DNA from: Eledone cirrhosa | Lineage: Eukaryota | Reading direction: 5' to 3' | NCBI GenBank assembly: GCA_964016885.1 | Contig: OZ024748.1 | Location: 35,154,001-35,218,000, forward strand | DNA: 64,000 bases | Part shown: positions 1-10,825 of the stretch, piece by piece | How the letters are laid out: the number at the start of each line of letters is the position of its first letter | Numbering within the stretch: position 1 is the first letter of the stretch | The notes under the pieces: generated by a model | The model's input: the letters and a program-made list of their open reading frames with translations, nothing else | The model's database searches: none | What the model was told of the DNA's origin: nothing | Made by a program: the position numbers and the translations under genes

Positions 1-1775
1 GTAATACTTCTCCAGTTTTATAAGCTGAGATAAGGGGTGTTACCTCAGTTCACTGTAATACATCTCCAGTGTTAGAAGCTGAGATAAGGGGTGTTACCTC
101 AGTCCACTGTAATACATCTCTAGAGTTGGAAGCTGAGATAAGGGGTGTTACGTTAGTCCACTGTAATACATCTATAGTGTTACAAGCTGAGATAAGGGGT
201 GTTACCTCAGTTCACTGTAATACATCTATAGTGTTAGAAGCTGAGATAAGGGGTGTTACCTCAGTCCACTGTAATACATCTCTAGAGTTGGAAGCTGAGA
301 TAAGGGGTGTTACGTTAGTCCACTGTAATACATCTATAGTGTTAGAATCTGAGATAAGGGGTGTTACCTCAGTCCACTGTAATACATCTATAGTGTTAGA
401 AGCTGAGATAAGGGGTGTTACCTCAGTTCACTGTAATACATCTCCAGTGTTAGAAGCTGAGATAAGGGGTGTTACCTCAGTCCACTGTAATACATCTCTA
501 GAGTTGGAAGCTGAGATAAGGGGTGTTACGTTAGTCCACTGTAATACATCTCTAGTGTTACAAGCTGAGATAAGGGGTGTTACCTCAGTTCACTGTAATA
601 CATCTATAGTGTTAGAATCTGAGATAAGGGGTGTTACCTCAGTCTACTGTAATACATCTATAGTGTTAGAAGCTGAGATAACGGGTGTTACCTCAGTTCA
701 CTGTAATACATCTCTAGTTTTGGAAGCTGAGATAAGAGGTGTTACCTCAGTTCACTGTAATACATCTCTAGTTTTGGAAGCTGAGATAAGGGGTGTTACC
801 TCAGTCCACTGTAATACATCTCTAGTGTTGGAAGATGAGATAAGGGGTGTTACCTCAGTCCACTGTAATACATCTATAGTGTTAGAATCTGAGATAAGGG
901 GTGTTACCTCAGTCCACTGTAATACTTCTATAGTGTTAGAAGCTGAGATAAGGGGTGTTACCTCAGTCCACTGTAATACATCTATAGTGTTAGAATCTGA
1001 GATAAGGGGTGTTACCTCAGTCCACTGTAATACATCAATAGTGTTAGAAGCTGAGATAAGAGGTGTTACCTCAGTTCACTGTAATACATCTCCAGTGTTC
1101 GAAGCTGAGATAAGGGGTGTTACCTCAGTCCACTGTAATACATCTCTAGTGTTAGAAGCTGAGATAAGGGGTGTTATCTCGGTCTACCGTAATACATCTC
1201 TAGTGTTAGAAGCTGAGATAAGGGGTGTTATCTCAATCCACTGTAATACATCTGTAGTGTTAGAAGCTGAGATAAGGGGTGTTATCTAAGTCCACTGTAA
1301 TACATCTCCAGTGTTTGAAGCTGAGATAATGGGTTTATCTCAATCCACTGTAATACATCTCTAGTGTTAGAAACTGAGATAAGGAGTGTTACCTCAGTCC
1401 ACTGTAATACATCTCTAGAGTTGGAAGCTGAGATAAGGGTGTTATCTCAGTCCACTGTAATACATCTCTAGAGTTGGAAGCTGAGTTAAGGGGTGTTATC
1501 TCAGTCCACTGTAATACATCTCTAGTGTTGGAAGATGAGATAAGAGGTGTTACCTCAGTCCACTGTAATACATCTCTAGTGTTGGAAGATGAGATAAGAG
1601 GTGTTACCTCAGTCCACTGTAATACATCTCTAGTGTTAGAAGCTGAGATAAGAGGTGTTATCTCAGTCCACTGTAATACATCTCTAGTGTTAGAAGCTGA
1701 GATATGGGGCGTTACCTCAGTCCACTGGTAGTGAACAGCTAACACTGTAATACATCTCTAGTGTTAGAAGCTGAG
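1..1775. repeat. 54-bp minisatellite (about 32 units), upstream of or intronic to the MPPED-like gene
   Basis: The unit GTAATACATCTCTAGTGTTAGAAGCTGAGATAAGGGGTGTTACCTCAGTCCACT recurs at 1, 55, 109 and so on. It explains the 18-aa periodic ORF 69..1289. Confidence 0.97.
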
Positions 1776-2040
1776 TGCAGAAACAATAATAATGTTTTTA
1801 AATTTATTTTCTTTGCTAAAGCAGGAGTTAGCCTTGCAGATCCCATAACAGATTTCTCATTGTGGGATTCTTTTGGGGGCAGAGTTTTATGGTTAGATGC
1901 CCTTCTTGGCACCAAACATTTTATTTGCCTCTCACAACATGCAGGAATACAGTGTACCTATACTATACTACATATATTCAGTGAAACAATAATAATAATA
2001 ATAATGCTAATTCATATTTCTACATGTAATATATTTGCAG

Positions 2041-2322
2041 ACAGAGACCCTAGAAAAATCAAAGTAGATCCCTTAAGTGAAGATCCTGCAAAAGCTTTGA
2101 AAAAATATTCGAAAAACTTAATTATTAAAAAAGTAGATCCATCAGATTTAATCCATGCAAGGGATCCTGATAAATATCTTCGATTTGTTTGTATTTCCGA
2201 CACCCATTCTCATATTGAGACTATGAAGAAATTTGTCCCGGATGGAGATGTTTTACTTCATGCTGGAGATTTTACCAATTGTGGACTTTTGAAAGATATC
2301 AAATCTTTCAATGATTATTTTG
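2041..2322 (+). CDS. MPPED1: MPPED1/2-like metallophosphoesterase, first visible coding exon (phase 1 start, upstream exon not identified)
   Basis: Acceptor tttgcag at 2034-2040 and donor GTAAAC at 2323. Encodes RFVCISDTH and DVLLHAGDFT, the DxH and GD motifs of calcineurin-like phosphoesterases. Confidence 0.9.
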
Positions 2323-2448
2323 GTAAACATTTTTATGATTATTATAATGTTTTGGGGACATTAACCCATTTGTGGCCATATTTCTAATTATATACACCTT
2401 ATTTTAATTAATGAAGAATTTTGAGGGTTTTACTAAAATTATTTCATT

Positions 2449-2625
2449 GGTTTGGCAGTAGAGGGTCGGACAACATGCCTTGCAGCACAGAGTTACGCCC
2501 CTTTCTGATCTGAGTTCAAATCCTGCCGAGGTTAACTTTGCCTTTCATCCTTACGGGGTCGATAAAATAAAGTACTAGTAATGCACTGGGTAATTGCTGG
2601 CCTTGTGCCAAAAAATAGAAACAAC
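2449..2625 (+). mobile_element. SINE with Deu/Nin-like core (family also at about 6535-6620 -, 52142-52325 -, 56808-56935 +)
   Basis: B-box-like GAGTTCAAATCC followed by GCCGAGGTTAACTTTGCCTTTCATCCTTACGGGGTCGATAAAATAAAGTAC, repeated at the other loci. Confidence 0.75.
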
Positions 2626-3009
2626 TATTAAGATATGCAGATAATTTTTTAATTAAATAGGAACCCTTTAAAATGGATGGTTTTAGCTGGGTTGCTATAG
2701 AAACAGTTAAGTTTCAGTACAATCACTTTTCCATGTTGACATAGGTTAGACGAAACTTTTTTGAGGCAGTTTATCTCAAGTCAAGTTTTAAATAAATGAA
2801 ACACATCCAACGCACATTACTTCCTCACCAACCATATATCATTTATTTCCATTACATTTCTAATTATATAAAAATAATTTCATTATTTTTACTATAATTT
2901 TAGTTAATTTGAACAGCTCCAGTGTAATATTTATTGATGATCAAAACTATTGAACTCTCCCAATATAATATTGATGATCAAAACTATTAAGAATATCTTA
3001 TAATTGCAG

Positions 3010-3229
3010 GTTCTCTGCCACATAAACATAAAATTCTTATTGCTGGAAATCATGACATAAGTTTGGACGAGGCTTTGTTAAAAAAGGAGCAGTATATTTT
3101 CAAAAGGGAAATTGAGAAAGAACTTAAAGACTGCCAAGTTGAGACTGGAAAAGGTTTTCTTACCAACTGTATTTACTTGGAAGATTCTTTTGTAGAAATC
3201 CATGGTTATAAGATCTATGGTGCTCCTTG
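3010..3229 (+). CDS. MPPED1: MPPED1/2-like metallophosphoesterase exon
   Basis: AG at 3008-3009 and GTAAGA at 3230. In phase with the previous exon: GSLPHKHKILIAGNHD...LTNCIYLEDS...KIYGAPW (GNHD motif). Confidence 0.92.
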
Positions 3230-3737
3230 GTAAGATTTAAATATATTTTAGGACATTTTTATTTATTTATTTATTTATTGGGGATGTGCCCAGGACATTT
3301 AAAGGTTCTCTGGGACTGGCAAGAACAATGTTGCCACAAATAAATTTCATTTTAAATTTCCAAAAAGAAAACTTCAAGGTGAAAGGGTGGGATGTACATT
3401 GTCTTTTATAAACTTTAATTAATAGATTAATCATCATGTTATATTCTAGATAAGCAGCAAAGGTCTTTCCGTATTTATTTCCATCTTGAAATAACATTAA
3501 AGCTGAAAGATTCAAATTTTTATGATAGTCCATTTCTTATATTTTTATGATAGTCCATTTCTTATATTTTTAACCACAGGTCAGACGAAGATATATCTGG
3601 ATTCAAATTGATTGTTACACACACATCTGATCTGGTTTCAAGTTGATCTTATCACACACATCCTATCTAGGTGCCTGTTAATCCTAACACACATGCATCC
3701 TATATATCTTATAGTTTTATTTTCCTTTCACCTCCAG

Positions 3738-3853
3738 GCAACCAGTTTTTGGTAATTGGGCTTTCAATGTACCGAGAGGTAAAGAACTGTTAGAAAAATG
3801 GAATTTGATCCCTGATGATGTCGACATTTTGATGACACATGGACCACCTCTAG
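3738..3853 (+). CDS. MPPED1: MPPED1/2-like metallophosphoesterase exon
   Basis: ctccAG acceptor and GTAAGA donor at 3854. Encodes (W)QPVFGNWAFNVPRGKELLEKWNLIPDDVDILMTHGPPL. Confidence 0.92.
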
Positions 3854-3944
3854 GTAAGAGATGTGTTTTGTTTGTTTGTAATATTGAGTCTGTAAATTCA
3901 ATATCGTTCGACAAGATCCTAGACCTCATTCACTTGCCGAGTGG

Positions 3945-4125
3945 GATGGACCTCGTCAAATCGGACCAAGGAAACAATGTTTCCATTACTGATACTATCT
4001 ACTGATCGCAACGTGAAATAAAGTGTCTTGTCAAGGATGCAACGCATCACCCAGTCTGAGAAACGAACTCGCAACCTCACGATAGTGGTTAGATAGTTGG
4101 ATTCACTAAGTCACACGCCTTCACA
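3945..4125 (-). mobile_element. tRNA-head/CORE-like SINE (same family as 36648-36870 +)
   Basis: The reverse complement shows A/B-box-like motifs, a CCTTGACAAGACACTTTATTTCACGTTGC core and a tail shared with 36800-36855. Confidence 0.7.
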
Positions 4126-4160
4126 ATTCAAAATACTAATGACATTTTCTCCTACTCTAG

Positions 4161-4271
4161 CTTATGGTGACCAGTGTATTTCTGGTGCGAGGGCAGGCTG
4201 TGTTGACCTTCTCAATACTGTTCAGAAGAGAGTCAAACCAAAGTTTCATATTTTTGGACATATCCATGAAG
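4161..4271 (+). CDS. MPPED1: MPPED1/2-like metallophosphoesterase exon
   Basis: ctctAG acceptor and GTAAAC donor at 4272. Encodes AYGDQCISGARAGCVDLLNTVQKRVKPKFHIFGHIHE (GHxH motif). Confidence 0.92.
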
Positions 4272-4811
4272 GTAAACAAATATTTCTTAAATTACATTAC
4301 TATTATTCTAATTAATATTGATATCTTAGGTCTCAGATTTAATTTTGAGATGTGTTATGTTCAGACCAGATTAGCAATAGCTAATTAACTGAAATATAAC
4401 AGAAAATCAAAGGGATTACAGACTGTGTGGCACATCTGTTAAATACCAGTAGTAAACTGGGGTTGATTCATTCTTAACACATTTGTGGCTTTATGCCAAA
4501 GTAAGAAAATATTGGTTATCATTAGCATTATTGTATCACTGATGTACCAGTAATACACTGGTATCGGTTTAATTGACTTTCTTCAAATTGCTGGCCTTTC
4601 ACTAAATGTTGAAACAGTTATTGTCCCACTGAAGACTGTTTTTAGATTCACTTCCACATTTTCTCACAATGAGTATTTCTCTCAAGATGGTGGACATAGT
4701 TAACAGGTTGTAGCATTCTGGGTCTTCCTCTAATGCAGTTCCCTTCCACATTTTATTAATCAATTATTCCTAAATTAATTGCTATTCTGACCATTTCCTC
4801 TCATATTTCAG

Positions 4812-4936
4812 CTTATGGTATCTGGACTGATGACACAACAACATTTATTAATGCTTCAAGCTGTTCTATCAGTTACATCATAAAAAATCCTCCTGTAGTT
4901 TTCGACCTCCCCCTCCACAATCCTAAGACATCTTAG
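4812..4936 (+). CDS. MPPED1: MPPED1/2-like metallophosphoesterase last coding exon
   Basis: tttcAG acceptor. Encodes AYGIWTDDTTTFINASSCSISYIIKNPPVVFDLPLHNPKTS, then TAG at 4934-4936, which matches the MPPED C-terminus. Confidence 0.92.
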
Positions 4937-7900
4937 TTTATAAAAAATATTCCAGTCCTCTCCCAATATCCATATATTTATTTAATGTAAACTATTTTTC
5001 TGTTGACTTCCTCAACCCCATTGATGAGGTCAGATGTAGAAATTTGCAAATGTTTCACAGCTCGCTTACATACAACCCTGCTCTCTGCAGAGTGTATTTT
5101 CTTGTGACACTAATATCATTATTATTTGTTCCCTTATATAAGCAAAATACCAGCAAACAGAAACCCTTAGATAATATATTGTCTCCTAAGGAGGTATTGG
5201 AGTGCAGTTTCAGGAGAGAAGGTGATGTAATTGATTATTTTGTTCCAGGTGTGTCTGTGTATATTGGGAGCATGTGTGTGAAGGGAACGTTAACAAGTGT
5301 TTACATTCCTGAGAAATGGTGATGACAGTTCCCTTAAATCTCAATTGTAAGAGTAGTAGGCTCGAGACTGAGGTTGTAAGTTTGATTCCTAGAACAAATC
5401 TGATATAAAGACATCAGATCTGATCCCAGATTATATATATATATAGTCACACTGTAAATGTGGTTGGTTTTAGGAAGGGCGCGACACAGTCACCCGACCA
5501 ATCTTGCCTCAAGTGGGACAATTCCCGTCTAACCCATACTAGCATGGAAGATAGACGTTAAACGATGATGATGATATGTGTGTGTGTATATATAAAGAGT
5601 GTAGTTTAAAAAGAACAGTGTAACTCTGATGTTTGGTTAATACATCAGATTCATAAATAAACCTATACGGGTTGCTACCTGCTTGATTTATTACACACTT
5701 GCCAACAATTTCTTCAATATGGGCGACAGACACTGTACAGAAGTCTGTTATATGTATATGCATGTTTGTTTTCATGTATATTTACATTAACAACAATGAT
5801 GTTAACATCTGGCAGATTGGAATGAAGCTGACATCAAGAAAGGTATCCAATCCTAAAGGGAATATTCTGTTGCTGGTATGGAAAAAGATGTAAAAACAGT
5901 GAAGATTCTGTAAGACCAATATATATATTATAAACAATACCTTGGGGATTTTGTCAACAGTTTTTTTTTTATTCAATGGAATCAATATTTGTGAAGATTT
6001 AAATAATTCAGCCAGACTGAAAAGTAAAAATAATTTGGAATGAATTAGCTATGAAATTTGTATAAAATATTCAATTACAACCATGGACAGTTCTGCCATG
6101 TTAAAAAAATAGTCCAATTCTCTATGTTGGCTGTGATATTGAAGTTCTATTTTTAAAATGTAAAACTTCAACTCGTAATTTTGAAGACATTTTCTTTCTC
6201 CTTCCAATTAGCCATCATATGGAATTACTCTGAGTTTAATTGTCTTACGCATCAGATTGTGCAGTTGGTAACATTTCTAAATATAATAATGACTGTGTGC
6301 TGTTTAAACTGAAATATTATAAATATAACTGCTTATGTTAAAACAGCCATTTCAAAGCTCTAAAGATGAAGAAAAGGAAGATAATTTGGTGGATTGATAA
6401 ATACCAGAATTTTCTAAAGTTAATACAAGCTATAAGTTGATGTGACATGGATCCTTAACTATTAGATGCCATTGTTATGAAATTTAAACCTGATGAAGCC
6501 CATCCCATTTTTTCCAGAGAAAGGAGGAATTGACCCCACTACTTGACTGATACTTTATTTATCAACCTCAAAAGGATGAAAGGCAAAGTTGACCTCAGCA
6601 GGATTTCAACTCAGAAAGTAACAACCCTGTCACTTTGCTGAATCTATTTTATTATATTTAAAGCTTTATTGTTTACCAACAGCATATTACTTGATCTAAC
6701 AATTTATACTTTAAGAATGAAAAGTAAATTGATTGTTCTAGTTTGGAAAGCAGCTTGAAAGATCCATTGAATGTCTGGGGGATAGACACCAGTCATTCAG
6801 GGGTTATTTGGTGGATGGGAGGGAGTTTTCTAATTGAGAATTGTTTCAGTATTAAAAAATAAATGCCTAATACTTGACTAAAATTGTTTATTTAATGATT
6901 GAAAAACATTTTTAATAAAAAAAAAGACAAAAACATCCAGATATGTAGCAATGAATAATGTTTCCATGGAGGAAACATGTGAAAGTTGTCTGTTATATTT
7001 TTGTTTAAAAAAAGGCCTCTGTTGGTACATGGAAGTCCTGATTAATGAATATAAAATGGACAAATGGGAGGAAATAAGGTTAAAAGATGTAACAGAAAAA
7101 CAAAAAAAGACATATACAAGTGTATAAGGGCAGACAGAAGAATGAGGCCCAGATAATACAAGTGTATATGGGGCCCAAATAACAAGAAATGTGCTAATGT
7201 AGTTTAACCTGAATTTCCTTGTACAGTTTTTTAAATATGTATGGGGGAAGGGGTTTTTGCAGAGTTTCTCTGGAACTGAAATAGTCTTAATGGAATATTT
7301 ACTGCTATAGAGTTTTAAGCTTCCTCTGAAGAGAAAACAGATTTTTCTGGTATGTTATTTTATAAATAAATTAAATAAATACATCAATGAATTCCTGCAA
7401 TAAAAGCAAGATGTCCATATTTTATGGGGGAGGGTATTTGAAATTGCAAAGAAAGCAAATCTTGTATGAATGGAGTTTGTAATTTTCTTCTTAGCTTCAG
7501 TTGCCATTCTATAAATCTATTAAAGGAGGAAAATACAGCAGTGAAGTCCCAGAAGACTTCAGATTCAACATTGACTTCAAGAATTGTTTTATATGTAAAG
7601 AAAGCTAGTCACAGAGATAACAAATGGATCCTTTCTTAAGAGATTTAAGAAAGAGCCTACCAACATATTCAAAATATCTAGCCAGTGAATATCTTATAAG
7701 AAAAGAAAATGGAAGTATTAAAAGTTGGAAGTGTTTGCTTTATAGCTTTAAATATTTTGTGTGTGTAGTGTATTTTAGTGATTAATACTTCCAAAATCAT
7801 GTCTAACAAGGTAGCCAAAATATTTTAGCTAGCAGAGATAATGTATTTTATCTAAATATTCTAGATGGAAGAACATGAATTCTGGAAGAAAACTTAGAAG

Positions 7901-8154
7901 ATGATTAGAACTGATTCTTCATACTAATTGTCTAACTAAACCTAAAATAACTCTCTTGTAAATGCAATGTTTGTGTTTTTAAAGATATTTCCACAGAGCT
8001 ACAGACAAATGAGAAACCTTGTGAGAATTTCCACATTAACAGCAACTATGGTAGTTGTAACTGGTGTTATTTGTTTGTCATTAGATTTAGTAGGTGGTGC
8101 TGCTGGTTTCTAAACTGTCAAATCAAGTTTACTTCCTTACAATAAAATGGACAA

Positions 8155-8322
8155 TTATTTCCAGGCAGATTCACTTTTTGGAAATTCCTTTTTCATTTTA
8201 CTTAATTTCAAATTTTTCTGTTGTAATTTTTCTCGTCTTCTTGTGTTGTTTCCACCAATTGAAGTGAATTCAACATTTATCTGTCTTCCATTCAGATGAG
8301 TATGATGTAGGCGCAGACCAAT
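8155..8322 (-). CDS. NOP6: Nop6-like RRM protein, last coding exon
   Basis: Acceptor ttccAG (8323-8324). Encodes IGLRLHHTHLNGRQINVEFTSIGGNNTRRREKLQQKNLKLSKMKKEFPKSESAWK and then TAA. The end of the RRM plus the GG-N..R.EKL..KN.KL tail recalls fungal Nop6. Confidence 0.82.
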   Translation of the reverse strand: MGLRLHHTHLNGRQINVEFTSIGGNNTRRREKLQQKNLKLSKMKKEFPKSESAWK

Positions 8323-8680
8323 CTGGAATAGAATAGTAAACAGTTAACACACACATTAAAATAGTTTCAAATTTTGGCACAAGGTAAAATGGTAAAGGAA
8401 CACAAAGTGGTCTGTCATGCTAGTGACATTAAAAAAGCTCTCAGTACATGTGGTTAGCATTAGGAAGGGCGTCCAGGTTATAAACAAGCATATGAACAGG
8501 ACATGATCACCTGACCATTCTGGCTCGATAACATGACAGCCCAACTAACCGACACAAACGGAAAATAGATATTAACCAGTGATGATGAAACAGAAGCATA
8601 ATTTCTGTAATAACACCAACTGTAATACATGTCATATCAGTAATATATACTACATCTCACTATACCAGTAATATAAATAC

Positions 8681-8775
8681 CTTGTGACTAATTCTGTCTT
8701 TAAATTCAATGTAAGCAAATCCTCGAGGTTTGTTTGTTCCACGTTCTGTAGGAATTCGGACCTTTTTCACACCTC
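8681..8775 (-). CDS. NOP6: Nop6-like RRM protein, RNP1 exon
   Basis: Acceptor ttgcAG and donor GTATTT. Encodes (G)GVKKVRIPTERGTNKPRGFAYIEFKDRISHK, with RNP1 = RGFAYIEF. Phases 1 and 0 match the neighbouring exons. Confidence 0.88.
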
Positions 8776-9007
8776 CTGCAACAGAAAGACTTCCAATAAG
8801 AATTCAAGATAATTCACTGAGGAGTGATTAGACTAATTTGTTTCAATATATATCATATAACTGTGTTAAGTTTCAGCCAGCATTGGCCCAGGCCATGTCT
8901 AACTGAATAGCACGACCTGGTGCTATATATATATAATTGGTGTTGGATACCTAAAGCGTCCGTATGCGGTAGGCCGTTTGAGCACTCAATGCTCTTATAG
9001 AGCAGAG

Positions 9008-9205
9008 TATATCACAGAAAAAAAGAGAATCAGTGTTGCGACGAATGGAATTTATTGGACATATTACAATCGTTTCTCTGGCGACCAGCTCGAGGCACAA
9101 TCGAACACGACTCTGAAAACCGCAAGGTCCTCAGATACGTCTTGATTCTACAAAACTGATTTTCCTCATGGAAAACACTGATTCTCTTTTGTTCTGTGAT
9201 ATATA
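9008..9205. mobile_element. About 200-bp element with ~30-bp terminal inverted repeats, containing a hammerhead motif
   Basis: TATATCACAGAAAAAAAGAGAATCAGTGTT ... AACACTGATTCTCTTTTGTTCTGTGATATA. Confidence 0.7.
9059..9140 (-). ncRNA. Candidate type I hammerhead ribozyme
   Basis: Minus strand: acgtat-CTGAGGA-[long imperfect stem II]-GAAA-cgattg-TA-atatgt. Stem I is 6 bp with one G-U, stem III is near-palindromic, and the cleavage site is GUA. Confidence 0.6.
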
Positions 9206-9265
9206 TATATACATTAATTTTAACAATATTAATAAATGGAAAATATCTTTATAATACTATATTTA

Positions 9266-9321
9266 TTTTATTATACGTATTTCAAGGACACAAAATTTTA
9301 GAGTGCTTTCATCAGATAAAA
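9266..9321 (-). ncRNA. Minimal type I hammerhead ribozyme
   Basis: Minus strand: ttttat-CTGATGA-aagcac...gtgtcctt-GAAA-tacgta-TA-ataaaa. The core is intact and stem III is palindromic. Confidence 0.8.
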
Positions 9322-9439
9322 TATAATATTTGGTGTTAAGATATTGACATACCTTAGCATAGACTTAATAGTATAAGTTCGCTAACGATGGTTTGTTGAT
9401 AATCAACAAACCATATAACATTGTTTATATATATACACT

Positions 9440-9730
9440 GACCAAGAAACTCACTCAGATAGTGGATGGGTGCTACACGAGAATGCTGAGGATGAAGAAC
9501 TCAGAGCTGTACGGGAGCCTCACCAAAGTCAGCTAGAAATAACACAGAGGAGACTGAGCTTAGCTGGACATGCTCACTGACATTGTACTCAGTGCTCCTG
9601 TGGGAACTCCTAAATAGACACACTAGAGGGAGACCGAGATTGACATATATTGAAGCCCTAAGGACAGACACTGGTCTCTGGGAGACATAGGACATGGGCA
9701 ATGAAGGACCATAGATCTTGGGAATTTTAC
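9440..9730 (+). mobile_element. Degraded 3' fragment of an older RTE-type LINE
   Basis: Frameshifted peptides DGCYTRMLR, ELYGSL, RRLSLAGH, VLLWE and RGRPRLTYIEAL are typical of RTE C-termini. Confidence 0.65.
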
Positions 9731-9746
9731 CTGATAGCTAATTTAT

Positions 9747-10088
9747 GGTGGCACATGGCTTAGTGGTTAGAGTATTGGTCTTGCAATCGAAAGGTTGGGA
9801 GTTCAATTCTCAGACCGGGTGATGTGTTATTTCCTTGAGCAAGACACTTTATTTCACATTGTTCCAGTTTACTCATCTGTAGAAATGAGTTGATAGGGAC
9901 TGCGGTCCCTATCATTCCACTGCAAAGTGGTTGTGTAGGCGCCACAGAAAAAAAAAAAAAAGCACCCAGCACTCACTGTAAATGAGGTTAGTGTTAGGAA
10001 GGGCATCCAGCTGTAGAAATCAAGCCAGAATCAGTTCCCGTCCCACCCTTGCAAGCAGGGAAAAAGCGGACGTAAAATGAAATGATGA
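9747..10088 (+). mobile_element. tRNA-derived CORE-like SINE with an RTE-derived 3' tail (second copy 46376-46640 -)
   Basis: A box TGGCTTAGTGG (9756), B box GTTCAATTC (9801) and core CCTTGAGCAAGACACTTTATTTCAC. The tail CCCACCCTTGCAAGCAGGGAAAAAGCGGACGTAAAATGA is shared with the LINE end at 30790-30830. Confidence 0.85.
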
Positions 10089-10148
10089 TTGTATATGTAT
10101 AGTATACGTGTGCGTGTGTGTATATATATATATTATATGTGTATATAT

Positions 10149-10812
10149 ATCATCATCATCATTTTACGTCCGCTTTTCCCTGCTTGCAAGGGTGGGACGG
10201 GTCTTATTCAGCACAGCATCTCTCCACTTGTCACGGTCCTTCGTCATCTCCACCGATCTGAGGTCTGTTCTCACCACCTCCACCCATGTTTTTCGTGGTC
10301 TACTTCTACCACGTCTTCCTTCAACTGGCATTTCCTGGCACTTCTTCACCCATCGGTCATCCTCCATGCGCATCACATGTCCATACCACTGCAGCCTCCT
10401 CTCTCGCACACTACATTCTATCCCTCTCAGACAGATTCTCTCTCAACACATTCATGCTGGGTCGTTCACGCACATCCAATGGAGCATGCTTGCCTCATTT
10501 CTCTCCAGCCGTCACATATCCTCTGCAGTTGCTGCCCAAGTCTCACTACCATGCAGCATCGCGCTCCTCACACAGGCATCATATAACCAGCCTTTCGTAC
10601 GCAGGGAGAAACCCTTCTTCACCAGCAGAGGAAGCAGCTCCCTAAACTTCTTCCAACCCGTCCTTATTCTAGATACTATGGCCTTGGACCCCCCCCCCCC
10701 CCATGTTAATCTGATCTCCTAGGTACCTGAAGCTATCCACCACTTCTATAGCACCAGCCTACATTTGAAAAATGTGTCTATCAATGCGACTTCTACTGTC
10801 TAATTTCGCTGT
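10149..10812 (-). mobile_element. RTE LINE family B, 3' fragment
   Basis: RERRLQWYGHVMRMEDDRWVKKC...RPRKTW and a (GAT)n tail. Near-identical to 30150-30835. Confidence 0.9.
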
Positions 10813-10825
10813 ATATATATATATA

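Noticed and set aside
69-1289. 406-aa repeat protein
   Set aside because: It arises from a 54-bp minisatellite lacking stops in one frame. It starts at GTG, and later units have stops and frameshifts.
6490-6525. CTGATGA...GAAA
   Set aside because: No stem I, II or III pairing is apparent, so it is a chance match.
5760-8100. Possible ancient LINE or pseudogene between the two genes
   Set aside because: Only a faint IKQGCP-like trace near 7400 and no continuous frame. It may simply be 3' UTR or intergenic DNA.
9747-9820. tRNA gene
   Set aside because: The cloverleaf is incomplete and runs into a SINE core and tail.
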